A stretch of DNA of 63,346 nt, counting the filler, from Gonapodya sp. JEL0774 (Eukaryota): NCBI GenBank assembly GCA_027604505.1. It is 39 parts of 39 records of this genome, joined end to end, with 100 filler letters (N's around TTAATTAATTAA, not from the genome) between each part and the next. Parts side by side here need not be neighbours in the genome. Positions count along the whole stretch, not along the records: positions 48,882 to 50,401 come from JADIIX010003016.1; positions 50,502 to 52,020 come from JADIIX010003017.1; positions 52,121 to 53,639 come from JADIIX010003018.1; positions 53,740 to 55,257 come from JADIIX010003019.1; positions 55,358 to 56,875 come from JADIIX010003020.1; positions 56,976 to 58,493 come from JADIIX010003021.1; positions 58,594 to 60,111 come from JADIIX010003022.1; positions 60,212 to 61,729 come from JADIIX010003023.1; 31 more parts are not named here. The stretch is one strand, 5' to 3'. Made by a program: the position numbers and the translations under genes. Below the pieces are notes generated by a model. That model was given only the letters and a program-made list of their open reading frames with translations. It had not been told where the DNA came from and searched no databases. This document shows positions 48,882-61,829 of this stretch, one piece after another; the stretch's first letter is position 1, and each line of letters opens with the position of its first letter.

Positions 48882-49132
48882 CTCATTCAGCAGAGATGGA
48901 AAGATATTTGCGTACTCCGTCGGATACGACTGGTCAAAGGTCAGTGTCCGTTGCCAGGGTGTTTTCTGGGGGCCTTTTGGTTAAACGCACCTGGCTTGTC
49001 TCATGCACTACTCGAAAACTCTATTAGGGCCACGAAGGCGCCAACGGCAGTGTCAAACCGGGTATCTTCATGCTAGCTCCGAAGGATGAGGATGTGAAAC
49101 CAAGACCTCCGAAGCCTAAAACTGGGCGGTGA
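48882..49132 (+). CDS. RAE1: mRNA export factor Rae1/Gle2, 3' end
   Basis: FSRDGKIFAYSVGYDWSK|GHE..EDVKPRP-stop; one intron. Confidence 0.88.
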
Positions 49133-49792
49133 CCCGGCGGCGACAGCGGATATGCATTCACGGACAAGGTTCAGGTTCAATGTTATCCTCGTTCTGGATG
49201 AACGCAGATCCAAATGGCAGCAATGTTTGGGTGATTCGGAGACCGACGAGGAGAGCTTTCCTTGCACAATGACCAATGACCGATGCATAACATAACCTGA
49301 TTGCAGAATTCTGATTTTTTTACACTTCAAAAATTATATCCAAAATCTCAAATTCACAAATCTTTCTTCACTATGCATCGTGTGTCATGGTGCTTGTGGA
49401 CTGTGGGCGAGGACGGCTCAGGAAACTGAGCTGCATGCATTCACTGTACATGCCTGTATCGAGTCTCGACATACGACAAACGGGCGTCAATGAATGAAAG
49501 CTTCCACGATGAAGGTAAATGAACAACGTAACGCGTACGCGTGACGTTACAGAATGTAAATGTAAATACTATGCACAGAGTACACCATTGCGCTGAGCCA
49601 ACAACGCTAGATGAGATTCGAAAATACATAAAGTAAGGTCAGTTATGTGTGATGGACAATGAGAAAGGTCAATTGACTGTTGGGAATCCTCCGTTACATC
49701 CTCGTGGGTTGACGTACTAGTACAAGGCCACCCGTACGCCATGGAAAGCCGTTTGATTTGAAGCGATTTCTCTCCGTCCTCCAAGACGCGAA

Positions 49793-50401
49793 ATGTCTTC
49801 CCCATCAAATCTTCGATCATTACGTCCCCAACGGTCTCTCAGCTCCCCTTCGGCCTCTGCACCTCCAGCGTTCCCGTCCACCCGATCGCCGTCTACATCG
49901 ATTCACTCCTCTCGCTATCCCACAGACAACGTCATAAGTGGCCCAGCGCTCTCTGTTCACTTTGATGAAGTTTCCGCGGCGGATCTAACGCGCGTCCGGG
50001 AACGAGCACGGACTCTGTATGGAATGTATGAGCGAAACCAAGTCAAGGTCGCTTCGGCGATGGCTGTACCATACGCGTGTGTGGAATTAGCGGCAGAAAG
50101 GTGAAGCTCTTGGCGTTTTCTCTCTTGAAGCCATCTGTTTCTGCAATGGTTTCCTTTCATTTTGATACCAGCTGCAACCTTTCGCTTCCCGATACGATTC
50201 GGAAGAACATGCCAGCGTATTCTCACACACACGGATCGTACGGGAAAACATTACATAGTTTGCGACTGGTTCTGATACGGGACGAGCGTCGGACAGCGGA
50301 ACTCGAAAAAAGACATTCAGAACCTGAGAATACCAATGGGGCATCCCGGCGGAGCCCCAGAACCCCAACCACCAGAACGACTTCCTCCACCTCTCGAACT
50401 C
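49793..50401 (+). CDS. Possible Orc6-like protein, 5' part
   Basis: Spliced RERARTLY..VPYACVELAAESCNLSL..YGKTLHSLRLVL resembles the Orc6 N-terminal cyclin-like fold. Weak recall only. Confidence 0.4.
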
Positions 50402-50501
50402 NNNNNNNNNNNNNNNNNNNNNNNNNNNNNNNNNNNNNNNNNNNNTTAATTAATTAANNNNNNNNNNNNNNNNNNNNNNNNNNNNNNNNNNNNNNNNNNN
50501 N

Positions 50502-51373
50502 ATTGGATTGGCAATATCACCGCGATAATTATCAGCATTTGGGTATTGACCGTAGTCACCAACGCCGGAATCTCCATAAGTGTTGTAATTGTCTACAGGA
50601 TACTGGGCATTCGGATCATAATCGGTGTTATCGGGATACTGGGCATTCGGATCATAATCGGTGTAATTATTATCAACAGGATATTGATTGGCGTAAGTAT
50701 CGTCAATAGTGTTGGGGTCAACATAGCCGTCGGGATATTGATTGTCGTATTGGGGTACTATGTTTGAACGAACAACAGGTTCGGATTCATGTGGATCCAC
50801 TGTCATGACCGGCCCGGTCAGCAGGTCTGCGATAGGTATAAGGGGAATTGAGTCAGGGTTGGACGCCGCTTTAAGTTCTTGCTCACTCGGATATACAATG
50901 AGCGAAACGAGTAACATGTCATCAGGTCTATCAATGTCTGAGACTCTATCATGTCTGACTGGGGTGTAGGTAACGACCGCAAGAAACTGAGTATCGACCT
51001 CAGATGTCGTAAATTGCTTCGCGGATGGCGTGAACGTCACCACTGTTATCGTATCACCTCCGTAAAGCGGCTCTACGACATCATGCCGTGGAGTATCGCG
51101 AAGAGGGGTATATGTAACAACAGATATGTGTGTTGGGTGCAAGCTGATCACAGGTAATTGGCTATTATTCTCTACTCCGGGAAACTCAGTTTTCTCAACA
51201 TGATGCGATAGCAATACCGGCCGTGGTCTATACGTAACAACAGACAGTGATTTGATTGGAGCAGACTGAGAACGGTTTGAGCCCTTGACGCCAATACAGC
51301 ATTCTGGAGAAGAAATTGACATTGTTCTTGTGGTACGTTTGCCTTTGGAGAAAAAGAGAGCAAGATCATTCAT
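50502..51373 (-). CDS. Intronless repeat-rich hypothetical protein, probably viral, 3' truncated
   Basis: Open for about 290 codons; recurring VVT[YF]xP motif and YPDNTDYDPNAQ repeats; head-to-head with the DUF5760-like gene. Confidence 0.6.
50598..50664 (-). repeat. 36-bp coding tandem repeat (YPDNTDYDPNAQ)
   Basis: GGATACTGGGCATTCGGATCATAATCGGTGT at 50598 and 50634, with degenerate flanking copies. Confidence 0.9.
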
Positions 51374-51433
51374 ACCTTGGTAATTTTTTTTCTTGTGCCA
51401 TGGTGATCTCAAGAGAGATCAAAAATCAATACC

Positions 51434-51844
51434 ATGGTCATTACCAGCGAGCAAAAAGTTCAACTTAAAGAGTACACTGACGTTGTCAGTCAGATTGAAA
51501 GAGTGAAATTTCAACTCAAGGAATTGACAAAACAGAAGTCTGTGTTGGAGGATGACGTGAAGTCCATGTTGCGGACAGTCACTGACAATGCAGTATTGAC
51601 AAATGTAGGTGTAATAGCCCTCAAGAAAGCAAAGAGCAAGGTTGCGCCTCGGAAAGCAGACATTGCCAAGCAACTAGAAGATGTTTATGGCGTTGAAGAG
51701 GCTCTGCGAATATCCGGCATTCTGTACGCTCGTGTCGAATTTGACGTCGAAGAAGTCAAAATATCAAAAGTTAGGAAACACAAGGCCTCAAATGATCCAC
51801 ACCTATCAGAGGAACGCGTGGAAGACTCTACGCTAGCCGAATAA
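51434..51844 (+). CDS. DUF5760-like conserved giant-virus protein
   Basis: LKEYTDVVSQIERVKFQLKELTKQKSVLEDDVKSML..GVIALKKAKSKVAPRKADIAKQLEDVYG..ILYARVE follows the DUF5760 pattern; intronless. Confidence 0.7.
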   Translation: MVITSEQKVQLKEYTDVVSQIERVKFQLKELTKQKSVLEDDVKSMLRTVTDNAVLTNVGVIALKKAKSKVAPRKADIAKQLEDVYGVEEALRISGILYARVEFDVEEVKISKVRKHKASNDPHLSEERVEDSTLAE

Positions 51845-51871
51845 ATCTTGGGACAGGATGTGGATGATACA

Positions 51872-51922
51872 TGATGGGATGGGATGGGATGGGGATGAGG
51901 ATGGGGATTGGGATTTGGATGG
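51872..51922 (+). repeat. (GGGAT)n microsatellite with G-quadruplex potential
   Basis: GGGATGGGATGGGATGGGGATGAGGATGGGGATTGGG contains six G3+ tracts. Confidence 0.8.
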
Positions 51923-52374
51923 AGTAGAAGAAAAACAGTACAAAAGGGTCAAGTAATGGTTTTTCTTTTTCCTTTTGTTTTCTTACAGTCGATGCTCGAC
52001 CGTTTTCGGATCGTTAGGTCNNNNNNNNNNNNNNNNNNNNNNNNNNNNNNNNNNNNNNNNNNNNTTAATTAATTAANNNNNNNNNNNNNNNNNNNNNNNN
52101 NNNNNNNNNNNNNNNNNNNNATCCTGATACTGGCTGGTAGCTGACATAATGACGCTCCCTACAGAGGGATGCAGCGGAGTCGGACAGTCAGTGCCTGGGT
52201 GGGTGAGGAGGAACGTCCCACTCACAGAGTTAGTGGGAAAGGTGGAACAAACAAACCGGAATTGAAGCTGGTCATGACTCTCGTAGCTCACTAACGATAA
52301 AAGGCAATCAATAGATAGCAAATGACGTAATCAACTATTCAATCAATGAGTAGGCTAATACATATGTGTCTGAA

Positions 52375-53384
52375 CTACGAGCTAGGAGCGGCAGCCACTG
52401 CCTCTTGCTGCTGTTCCAGAAGTCGAACTTCGAGATCGAGACTAAGATATGCTGTCTCCAGCTGAATGTGCGTGGCTACCAGTTCGCTCCACTTTACACT
52501 TAATTGGCGCAAAGTCTGTCCATCACGAGTCTAAGAGAAGGGCACAGCGGAGTTCAACAGTGAATCAAACCTTCACTGGCGATTAGAAGCTGGAGCTTAC
52601 CTGGTCTAGCTTCCTCAGTTTATTAAGTTCTACAATTTTCCTCGAGTATTCTTCGAGTTGCTTCTGCAGGGCCGTGTTCGTCGCTTCGAGTTGATAGTTA
52701 TGGATCCTCCACTTCAGAAGCACATTTGATAGGTGAAATATAATCATCGCACAACAGGTCATAGCGAGGAGCTCACTGAGTTAGAACCGAACTTGTTGAG
52801 CAACTCAAGGTTGATTAAGCTGATACATCCATGTCCCAAACCAATCAAACTATGAAGTGCACCCGGCGTCAAAGAGGAGTCAGTTTAATCAACCTACCGA
52901 CTATACTGATGTTCCAGTTGCGCCCGAGCATTGTCCACGGCCTTCTTCCAACTCTCTAAATCATCTTCCTGAGGAGGTGGAAGTCTGTAACGATTTGTGT
53001 CGATTGCGTTCAGCTTTTGGCCCTTTTCAAGCCGCTCCATTTCTCCCAAGAGCAATGGATTGTTGGCAAAGAGTACAATATTCGGCGGCAATCTGCCCTC
53101 GTTTCCTGTATCGTCCCGCATCTGCAGCTCGGCTTCAATCAGAGAGTCAACTTGAGCTCGAATGTCTGGAAGGAATTCATTTGTGACAGTATGAGATCTC
53201 AGTAATCGACAAAAGAGTGCGTGAGAGACATACTTTCGTCCTCATACTCTTTGTCGATATCTTGCAACGACAATGGAATGATCGTTTAGTTGCATGGAGT
53301 GGTTCACTGACGGAGGTATGGGCGGCACCCAGCAGGAAACTCACATGGAAGCGAATCCAGGAGTACGGTGCCGTTTTCAGTCAT
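52375..53384 (-). CDS. BCAS2: Pre-mRNA splicing factor SPF27/BCAS2, complete multi-exon gene
   Basis: MTENGTVLLDSLP|YIDKEYED, IDTNRYRLPPP..WKKAVDNARAQLEHQ, INLELLNKFGSN, WRIHNYQLE, NKLRKLDQ, KWSELV. Confidence 0.92.
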
Positions 53385-54163
53385 AGGGTTCAACAACTGT
53401 GTAGATTTGTGTTAGTCTCTCCATCAGTGCGCACAGGCACAGTTAGTTACATTGCAACAGAGCATCCCTCCAAAACGACTTCCCTTCCCAATTTCACCAA
53501 ATTGTCCACCATCATGTCCAAAAAAGCCAAAGCAAGGTCAGAAACCATCGTTGGAGTGGTCGCTCGCTTCGGATTGTCGGCACCAAGGCTTGAAAATCAT
53601 TACGAGTTCTCATCTTCCTGTTGACACAGAACGGTTGTCNNNNNNNNNNNNNNNNNNNNNNNNNNNNNNNNNNNNNNNNNNNNTTAATTAATTAANNNNN
53701 NNNNNNNNNNNNNNNNNNNNNNNNNNNNNNNNNNNNNNNAGAGAGCCCGTAAGAGGATCTAAACTTTCCCATCTTTTCCGTCATCAATGGTTTTGTCGAC
53801 TGGTCAATTTTACCTTGTCACGGGGGCGGTGTCTGTGGATCGTTAGAACTGTTCTCATCCAGCGAGTCGAGACGTCTCTTCAATTTTAGTTTCTTCGGCG
53901 CTCAGATACTACTTCATCTACCAACCTCTTTTGTTGCACTGAAAGTTCTCATTCCTCGTTGCTGTTCAATGTGAGGGGTGTTGAATATACTTGGACAACC
54001 TGCTTGGTGGCTGTGCTGGTGGCTAGTTATTGCATAGCCGGATATTCAACTCCATCCACTCAAACTATCACCGCATCGCTCCGCGACGAGAAGGAAGCTG
54101 GATTTGGACTAGTGGAGGTTGTTTCTGGGACGTTCTGTCACAAATTTGGGGTGGCGATCAACG

Positions 54164-55257
54164 ATGGACTTCAAACCTCCAACCCGTGGGGACACCGAAG
54201 CATCAATGGAATCAACTTCTTCTGAATACTCGGTGATTGCAATCACTTCGAATGACCCTGTTCGTGAGCGAACGGCGTTCCTGTCGAGCACTGGTACCAC
54301 AGACTATGAGACAAGTAGTCCCTCTATGCAAGCCCGGTCCAGTCGAATCCGGTACACCAGAAGACCTGGCCAGGGAGGAGACTTGCAGCCGCATGCAGAT
54401 ACTCCAACCGGCAGATTCAACGCTCAGCTGGCTCAGTCGGTCCAGGCCCATGCTTCGTCTGTTTCATCTGGTCAAAGTCCGCACTCACTCGAACGGGAGT
54501 ACCGCGAAATCCACTACTACCGGGAGAACCAGCTTCGTCTTGCGTTATTTTACTGTCTCTGCGTGCTTCCGCTTCCTATTCCTGGTATTTTCTTGCTCTT
54601 TTCAAGATGGTTCCCAGAGCTCTTCACATGGGTCGCGAGAGAGAAACTGGACCACAGGAGAGCACATTTGGCGGATTGCGTACTCGTGCGAGGGCCCATT
54701 ATTGAAGGTGAGCATTGCCGCGAACTCTTGATGTATGCGATAGGAGATTCGTTGCATTTGGATTTGCAATTTGGAATGAAGTGTGCGAAGCTCCATTTGG
54801 AGAGTATTGCATCGAAACTTATAGTCACGGATACAAGTTTTTTAACGTTCGACGCAATGGAGTCATATTCACGTCTCCTGTCCTCTTCAGCGCACCAGAC
54901 CACCACACAATCATCTCGAATGCCCGGTCTGCCCTTCCTCCGATCTTCCAAACTCCAGTCAGTGCGCCTCGCGCCCAACGCACGATGGACTGAAATACCC
55001 ATAACCACACTTCGACTTCCCTCCCCACAACCCGCTGCTATTGAGGGAGTCGTTACCGCAAGGACGAGATCTGGTCCAGCTCAGATGCACCACAGGCGTC
55101 GCAAATCTACCTCATCTCGAATGGAATCGGATGATGATATGGATGATGACGCCAAGTCGCCCAGCTCCCCTCAGAGCCCCAACATGGATGATGGTCAGAG
55201 GGTCACCGTGCGGTATTTTGAGTACCGTCAGCAAAGGTACTTTCTCGACTCCACTTC
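54164..55257 (+). CDS. P5B-type ATPase (Ypk9/ATP13A-like), N-terminal part
   Basis: IHYYRENQLRLALFYCLCVL..FLLFSRWFPE..ADCVLV and VRYFEYRQQRYF match the P5-ATPase N-terminal domain. Confidence 0.7.
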
Positions 55258-55357
55258 NNNNNNNNNNNNNNNNNNNNNNNNNNNNNNNNNNNNNNNNNNN
55301 NTTAATTAATTAANNNNNNNNNNNNNNNNNNNNNNNNNNNNNNNNNNNNNNNNNNNN

Positions 55358-56875
55358 GTTGCAGAACTCTTTGACCGTCTTTCTCAAACCACCCGTCCCT
55401 CATTCTGATAGGCACGCCATCTCTTTGATTGCCACCCCTTCCTACGTTCATTCTGGAGGCATCCAGTGCATCAGATGGCCGGCAGTTGTGGTTACTTGAG
55501 TGGTCAACCTGGATAACCAGCCGGGCATTGGGGAAGCCCTTTCGGTGAGTGAGAATTGTCCAGATTGGAATGAAGTAGTCTCGAATCTATAAATGCAGTA
55601 TGGAAATTTGTTTGTTTCTCACGGAAGAGTGATTCTTATTCATGCCCCAATCACCCACCTGCTCGACAACATCATCTCCCTTCCAAGTTTTGACTCTAGG
55701 CTCCACAGTCATATGAGCATATGGGTGCTTTAGAACTTTCTCTGTAAGTAGGCCTGAATGTCCATTGTTTTTGGCCCATTCAATGTCCTCTGCTGACAAC
55801 TCCAGACGGTTCCCATGGAGAAGGGTTACGATTCCTGACTCCATCACGGACTGACCGTCACCTTTGGGTCGCAGCTTCCCTCGCTCCTTGGGATTTGTCC
55901 ACTCCTTAAGCTGGCGTTGATTAGCGTAGCTGAGTGCCTCGTCCTGCATTGCAAAATCTAATGGTGCTTCTCCATCCTTCAAACCCTTTGGGTGAACCAG
56001 AATCTCCATCTCTTTAAGCTCGCCATCAATGAACCCAAACATTCTTCTCTCAAGCTCTGGCATTCTCTCATTCACGTACTTATTTCGGTCCTCAACCACA
56101 TCTGCCCTCTCGTGCGCATCTGCATATCCCTTTCTCTTACGACTCCAAGACCAGCCCAAAAACTGCAGCCATTGTCTGGCAGTCTCAGTAGATATTTGTG
56201 ACTTTGGAAGCTGCAGAGCTGGTATCACCTTGTTGGAAACAAAGTCCTGGTGTTGGAATGCAGATCAATTTCACTTCAAGGAAAATTCAATGAAGATCAA
56301 TCAACTGACCGAAAATGAAGCTGCACGAATGGGCTCTTTGTCTAGTGTGGCACGTAGCCATCCGCGGCACATTCGTTGAACATCAGCGTCAACAATTATT
56401 GACGGTGCAGCAATCTCCGGGGGAGCTCGAATCGGCATTTGCCCCGTCTCCCTCCACACCTTGGCTCTCCTTGCCAACTCTCGTATCTGCCAAGTTGTCA
56501 CCTTCTCAGGTCCCAATAAAGTTTGCAGCGCTTCTGTGGCTGCCATGTTCCTGCTCTGTCGGTCCATTCCGATTCCATATTTTCGCTCAATGTAACTCAA
56601 GACTGCAACATGCTGAAACAACTCCCTCCGTTTCTCTGCTGGAAGTTACACTAAGACTGCCTGTGCCCCTGCAACCCGCTCTTTCAGATCCAGAATCCAA
56701 GCACCTGCACCCTGAATTGATGTTCGAGCCCGCTTTGTTGACACCATCACATCACCTGATTCAGAAACTTCCTCCCAGTTCCTCTTCCGGAGATTTTGAG
56801 TTGACTGAGCTGTGGAAGAAGCTGGATACATTGTGGTGGATTGTGCCGCAGGCAGTGGTAATTGCAGTGCTCGGA
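55358..56875 (-). mobile_element. Fungal DDE DNA transposase (IS630/Tc1/mariner-like), partial
   Basis: TARQWLQFLGWSWSRKRKGYADAHERADVVEDR, MQDEALSYANQ, KGDGQSVMESG; after an intron, VDHSSNH..DALDASRMNVGRGGNQ..MRDGWF. Confidence 0.75.
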
Positions 56876-58337
56876 NNNNNNNNNNNNNNNNNNNNNNNNN
56901 NNNNNNNNNNNNNNNNNNNTTAATTAATTAANNNNNNNNNNNNNNNNNNNNNNNNNNNNNNNNNNNNNNNNNNNNCACTCTTCACGTGTGACCGGAGGCT
57001 CGTAATCTCAGAGCGAATGAGGGTATTTGTGTCGGATTTAAGATTCAGATCTTGAGGAGCGACTTTGTTTCCGACTGCAGACAGTTTCGAGGAACAACTC
57101 GGGCTTGCAACTACTCTGTCGAGTGAGGGCGTGAAAGGAACTTTCGCTGCGAGAAGCAGTTCATGAAAGCTCGGTTCACTGACAATGTAAAGGCACCCGG
57201 AACCTACCAGTATTCGGTAATGTCTTGTCACGCTTGCTGTCTTTGAACATGTTCTCTGTCTGTCCGAAAGACTTGAACTTTCAATCGAGACAGCGGGTCA
57301 ATTGAAACCGGTTGGATTCTTTTGCTCACCTTGAGCACTCGTTCTGAACAGAAGTGAGTCGCCGCAACAGAAGTCCCTACTATAGGCCAGCTTCTTGCAA
57401 TATGATTAATTGATGAAGCTGAGTCCAAGGTGGGGTCTTTGGCCCTGAAGGAGGGGCAATGCACGGCACCGAAGAGGTACACAGGAACCTGTTAGATGCA
57501 ACATTTTAACATTTTGTTATCGGATTCAGGGACGCCGACTAGAATCAGACTCACCGTTCCGGTACCTTGGCTGGAAGTTACGTCAACGGTGTGCAAACGC
57601 TCGGTCCTGTTGGAGTTTGATCTTCCTTGAACCGCAGGCATTTCCATTCCATCCGCAGACTCAACAGAAGGCAAGATCTCTGACTCGTAGTATCAATCTC
57701 ATGAAAGGTTGTAAAGGATCTGACCCTTGTGAGAAGGTAACCTCCCTGCGAATGTTTTCACTTCGTCTCTGAATTCAGGGTATTGGGGAACGGTGCACAC
57801 ATATTTACTGATGTGATGCTAAACCGCTTGAAGTGCGTCGACCCTCATGTACTTTTGTTGGCACAATGAACCAGTATTGTTTCTGGTTGTGGTGTGCGGA
57901 GCTGAGGCTAGTCAAATGGAGATCATCGATATGTGTTCTTCACAGCTCCCTCTTAACATTAGTTCATTTGATGTACATAGATACAGATTATGTGTAAACT
58001 TTTTGGGATACCGAGATTTCTCATTCAAATAGTGTTGGGAAAGGCAAAAAACAAGTGTCAGGAGACAGCGCATGCAAGGCCGAATGCAGTTTTTGGAGAA
58101 ATTATCCATGATATCCCTAATGCCCGTCTCTTACCGTCTGACGTGGGTCGACCAGACGTTTCTGGAGCACACCAACGAAGAGGTGGACGGGTTCGTGCTC
58201 CACTTGGATGACGGCATCACCACTCCACGCCGGCTTCCCCGGCGACTTCATTCCTCCCTTGTAGTAAAGATTAAATGTGGAGACGACTGGAAACTTCCCT
58301 GTCCGACCGTAGGCGGCCAAGTATGACTCCGCCATCA

Positions 58338-58493
<156 letters not shown>

Positions 58494-61400
58494 NNNNNNN
58501 NNNNNNNNNNNNNNNNNNNNNNNNNNNNNNNNNNNNNTTAATTAATTAANNNNNNNNNNNNNNNNNNNNNNNNNNNNNNNNNNNNNNNNNNNNAAGGCAA
58601 GAGTCGAAATAATCCGGCGTTTGAATTTGTTCAAACGCGCGGGTAAACAACTTCGAACAACAGATACACAGAATGATTTGAATTCTTCCCGCAGCATTAT
58701 ACATTGATGTAATATGCCATAAGCCATCCATCGTGTACTTCCAGAACATGCTAGCCGGGGCAGGTATCGCTTCAAGAAATTTCAGTTTCGACAATTGCTG
58801 CGGAATCATGAGATGAAGGTTTGGAAAGCGATGACGAGACCGTGAGCGGCAGTACAGGATAGAGTGGTGGGAGCTGTATGGGTGAGGGGGGGCTACACAA
58901 GAATGGTACAAGAGTATAAACTGGTCGTGATGGCGGACGATCCGTGCAATCTTTTAGATCTGCTCAGATGTCCCGCTCACCCGCCCAAACTCTTGCTGAA
59001 ACAGACGAAATTATGCAAAATCATGTCCTGTACCGCTTTCGATTGTCGGTATCTGGATGATGATTCTGAAAGTTTGGGGAGCTTTGATCTGTTGGCCAAT
59101 GTGGATTTGAATTTGAGTGGCGTTATGGGTGGTCGAGGATGTGTGATGGAAGGGGTTCGTTTACCCTCCAAGGGGAAGTGCTGGTGCCTGCCAGTGCGGA
59201 CACTGGGTACGATACATCTGAAGTGACCGAGACACTGTGGGAGTTTTTGGAAAGATTTGGCGTCCACACAAGGGACGCCTGGAGGAAACTTGGAGCTATC
59301 GCTGACAGCTTTGACCCCGAGCAGCAGCCGATCATATGCATAACAGACGTGATGCCTGCTTTGCTGTAAAGGTTGGCCAAACATACTCGCCGAGTTGGTC
59401 TTCAACTGCAAGCTCACGTAACGGTGGCGGAGTATCTCTGAGGGAAACATGGTGTGCCTCCAGGTGGTCATAACTATGTGAAAGACCTGGTCGAGGCATT
59501 TTAGGGGAAATGGGCACCTGTGAGCGCGATTGTGAAGGAGCTGGAATCGACTGCGTCTAAAAAACAGTCATTGAAAGGTCATATGGTTAATGAGTTGGAA
59601 AGATCTAGCGATTGGCGGTATGGGAATCTGATTGATCGGCTTGATTTAGAATGGGAGGGAGGCCAGTATGAGATCGGAGATGAGGACGAAGACCGAACGG
59701 AGGACGAGAATGAAGACGACGACAGAGATGAGTGCGACGACAGCGACGTGGACGACAGCGGAGAGAAAGATTACAAGGAGGAAGATGGAGACGAGGATGA
59801 CGACTAAGACAGACGGCCTGTGAAGTACCTGTGGTCGCCGCCCAATTACATGCGCCAATATTCGGCCTCTGAAATTATATTGAAATCAATACCATCCTTC
59901 GTCATAAGCAAAGCTGCCAAGAGCAGCATATTCCAGAAACGACAGTACGCCCTGCGGATCATCCTCTGACTCGACCTGTCTAGGGAGGACTGGAGAATCC
60001 AATCTCGACAAGTTGATACAGTAATCCTGCTCGAAGACAATAACTAAAACTATCACAACTATTTCTAATTTCCAAAAGACTAATCAGTTTTAAGGGGAGT
60101 CTTGGAGGGATNNNNNNNNNNNNNNNNNNNNNNNNNNNNNNNNNNNNNNNNNNNNTTAATTAATTAANNNNNNNNNNNNNNNNNNNNNNNNNNNNNNNNN
60201 NNNNNNNNNNNCTCCCTCTCTTCGCTCCCTTCCCCTCTCCCATTCTTCCCTCATCGACTTCTTTTCTTCTCACCCTTCTTTCCTTTCCTGTCTCCCGCAC
60301 GTCCCATCACCACATCCACCGGCCCCACCCTGCCCGCCCACACCTCCTCCGACAGCGCGGTCCGGCCCGAAACAGACCGCGTGGAGTTCGAACGGAGGGT
60401 GGTTCAGGCGGAGAGGGCGGATGTGGAAGCGAGGAGGAGGGAGGGGACCTATACCGGTAATGGAGGAGGATCGGAAGGGGAGGTAAGAGGAGTGTAGGGG
60501 GTGGGAAGAGAGGGTGGCGAGGGCTGTGAGAGGAATTGATGGATTCAGCGAGGAGAAGGTTGGTCCGGGCCGAACCTTATCGCGCTGTTCGTTCCTTTAC
60601 TCACACTCACGGGCATCCAAACCCCTTCCTCGTGCACGTGGACGTTCGCCCCGCTCACCGCACATTGAACACGACTCGAACAGAACGTGTTTCGCGAGTC
60701 AAGTGGGAGAGTTGGACCGGCCAGCAGCCAAGGGGATCGCGGAGCTGGGGAAGGAGAGGGTCGAGATGGGCAAGGTGGAGAGGGAGAAGGTGGGTTGGTT
60801 GACGGTGTTTTGGTGGGGAGCGGGAGACCAAGGATGAGGGATATGGAGTGCTCAGCTCGGTTTGTGGGGTTTTCGGGAAGAGCTGGTGTATTTGATGACG
60901 CTCGTTCTCGGCTCCTTTTGTTCCACCACTCGCGTCGCTCCATCCACCGGGCACAGGCGCACCTCCGTCTTCTTCCCACCCTTCTTACTTCTCCCCACCT
61001 TGCCCTCCAGAGACCGACCTCTAGTCCAATCTCACCGCCGCCCTCTCCCGCGTGCACCGCCACGCTCGCAGCCCAACTCGCCACGTCCGGTAGCACGCTT
61101 CCACTAGAGCGTTCAGGCCTGGAGGGGCGCCGAGCGTCGCGCCGAGACGGATTCAACCACATCGGACGAGAGCGAGTTCCAAGGTGGGGAGTACGGCACG
61201 CCCAGAAAAAGTGTGGGTTCCGGGTCAGGAGTGGGTTATATAGGGGTTCGGGAGGCAGGCGAGAGGGAGGCGGAAAGGGTCAAGGGTGAATGGGCAAGGC
61301 CGTCACACGCCACTACCACGACGAGAACGCCAGTGGGGGCTGCCCCGGTCCCCCAGCGAGCGGACGAGCACCTGTCCCGCCGACAAGCATCGTGGGAAGG

Positions 61401-61829
61401 GTGGCGAAAGCAGACGGATCGCTGCTGGGTCACTCTGATGATCCCTCATTCAATACCGAAAAGTGCTGGACAGAGGACCTTTCTCTGCAGGCACAACTCT
61501 GAATCTCGCGTCTTTCTAGAATGTGCCTCTTCAAGCTTGTTTCGAGATTCACTGTAGTGGATGGATGAACTGTCTTCACAAAGTTTATGGAAAGACATAT
61601 ATAGTAGGAGTGGAAAGATCTTGTCGCTAGTAATTATTACGTGAGCAACGTCGAGACGGGGATTCCGTCCCATTGATGGTATGTCGAACCACCAACATCA
61701 TGCCCGCGCGACCGCAATACTGCAAGTTANNNNNNNNNNNNNNNNNNNNNNNNNNNNNNNNNNNNNNNNNNNNTTAATTAATTAANNNNNNNNNNNNNNN
61801 NNNNNNNNNNNNNNNNNNNNNNNNNNNNN

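Noticed and set aside
60212..61729. Overlapping 200-aa ORFs on opposite strands
   Set aside because: GC-rich low-complexity sequence gives long spurious frames. It is probably an unknown spliced gene, but no model can be supported.
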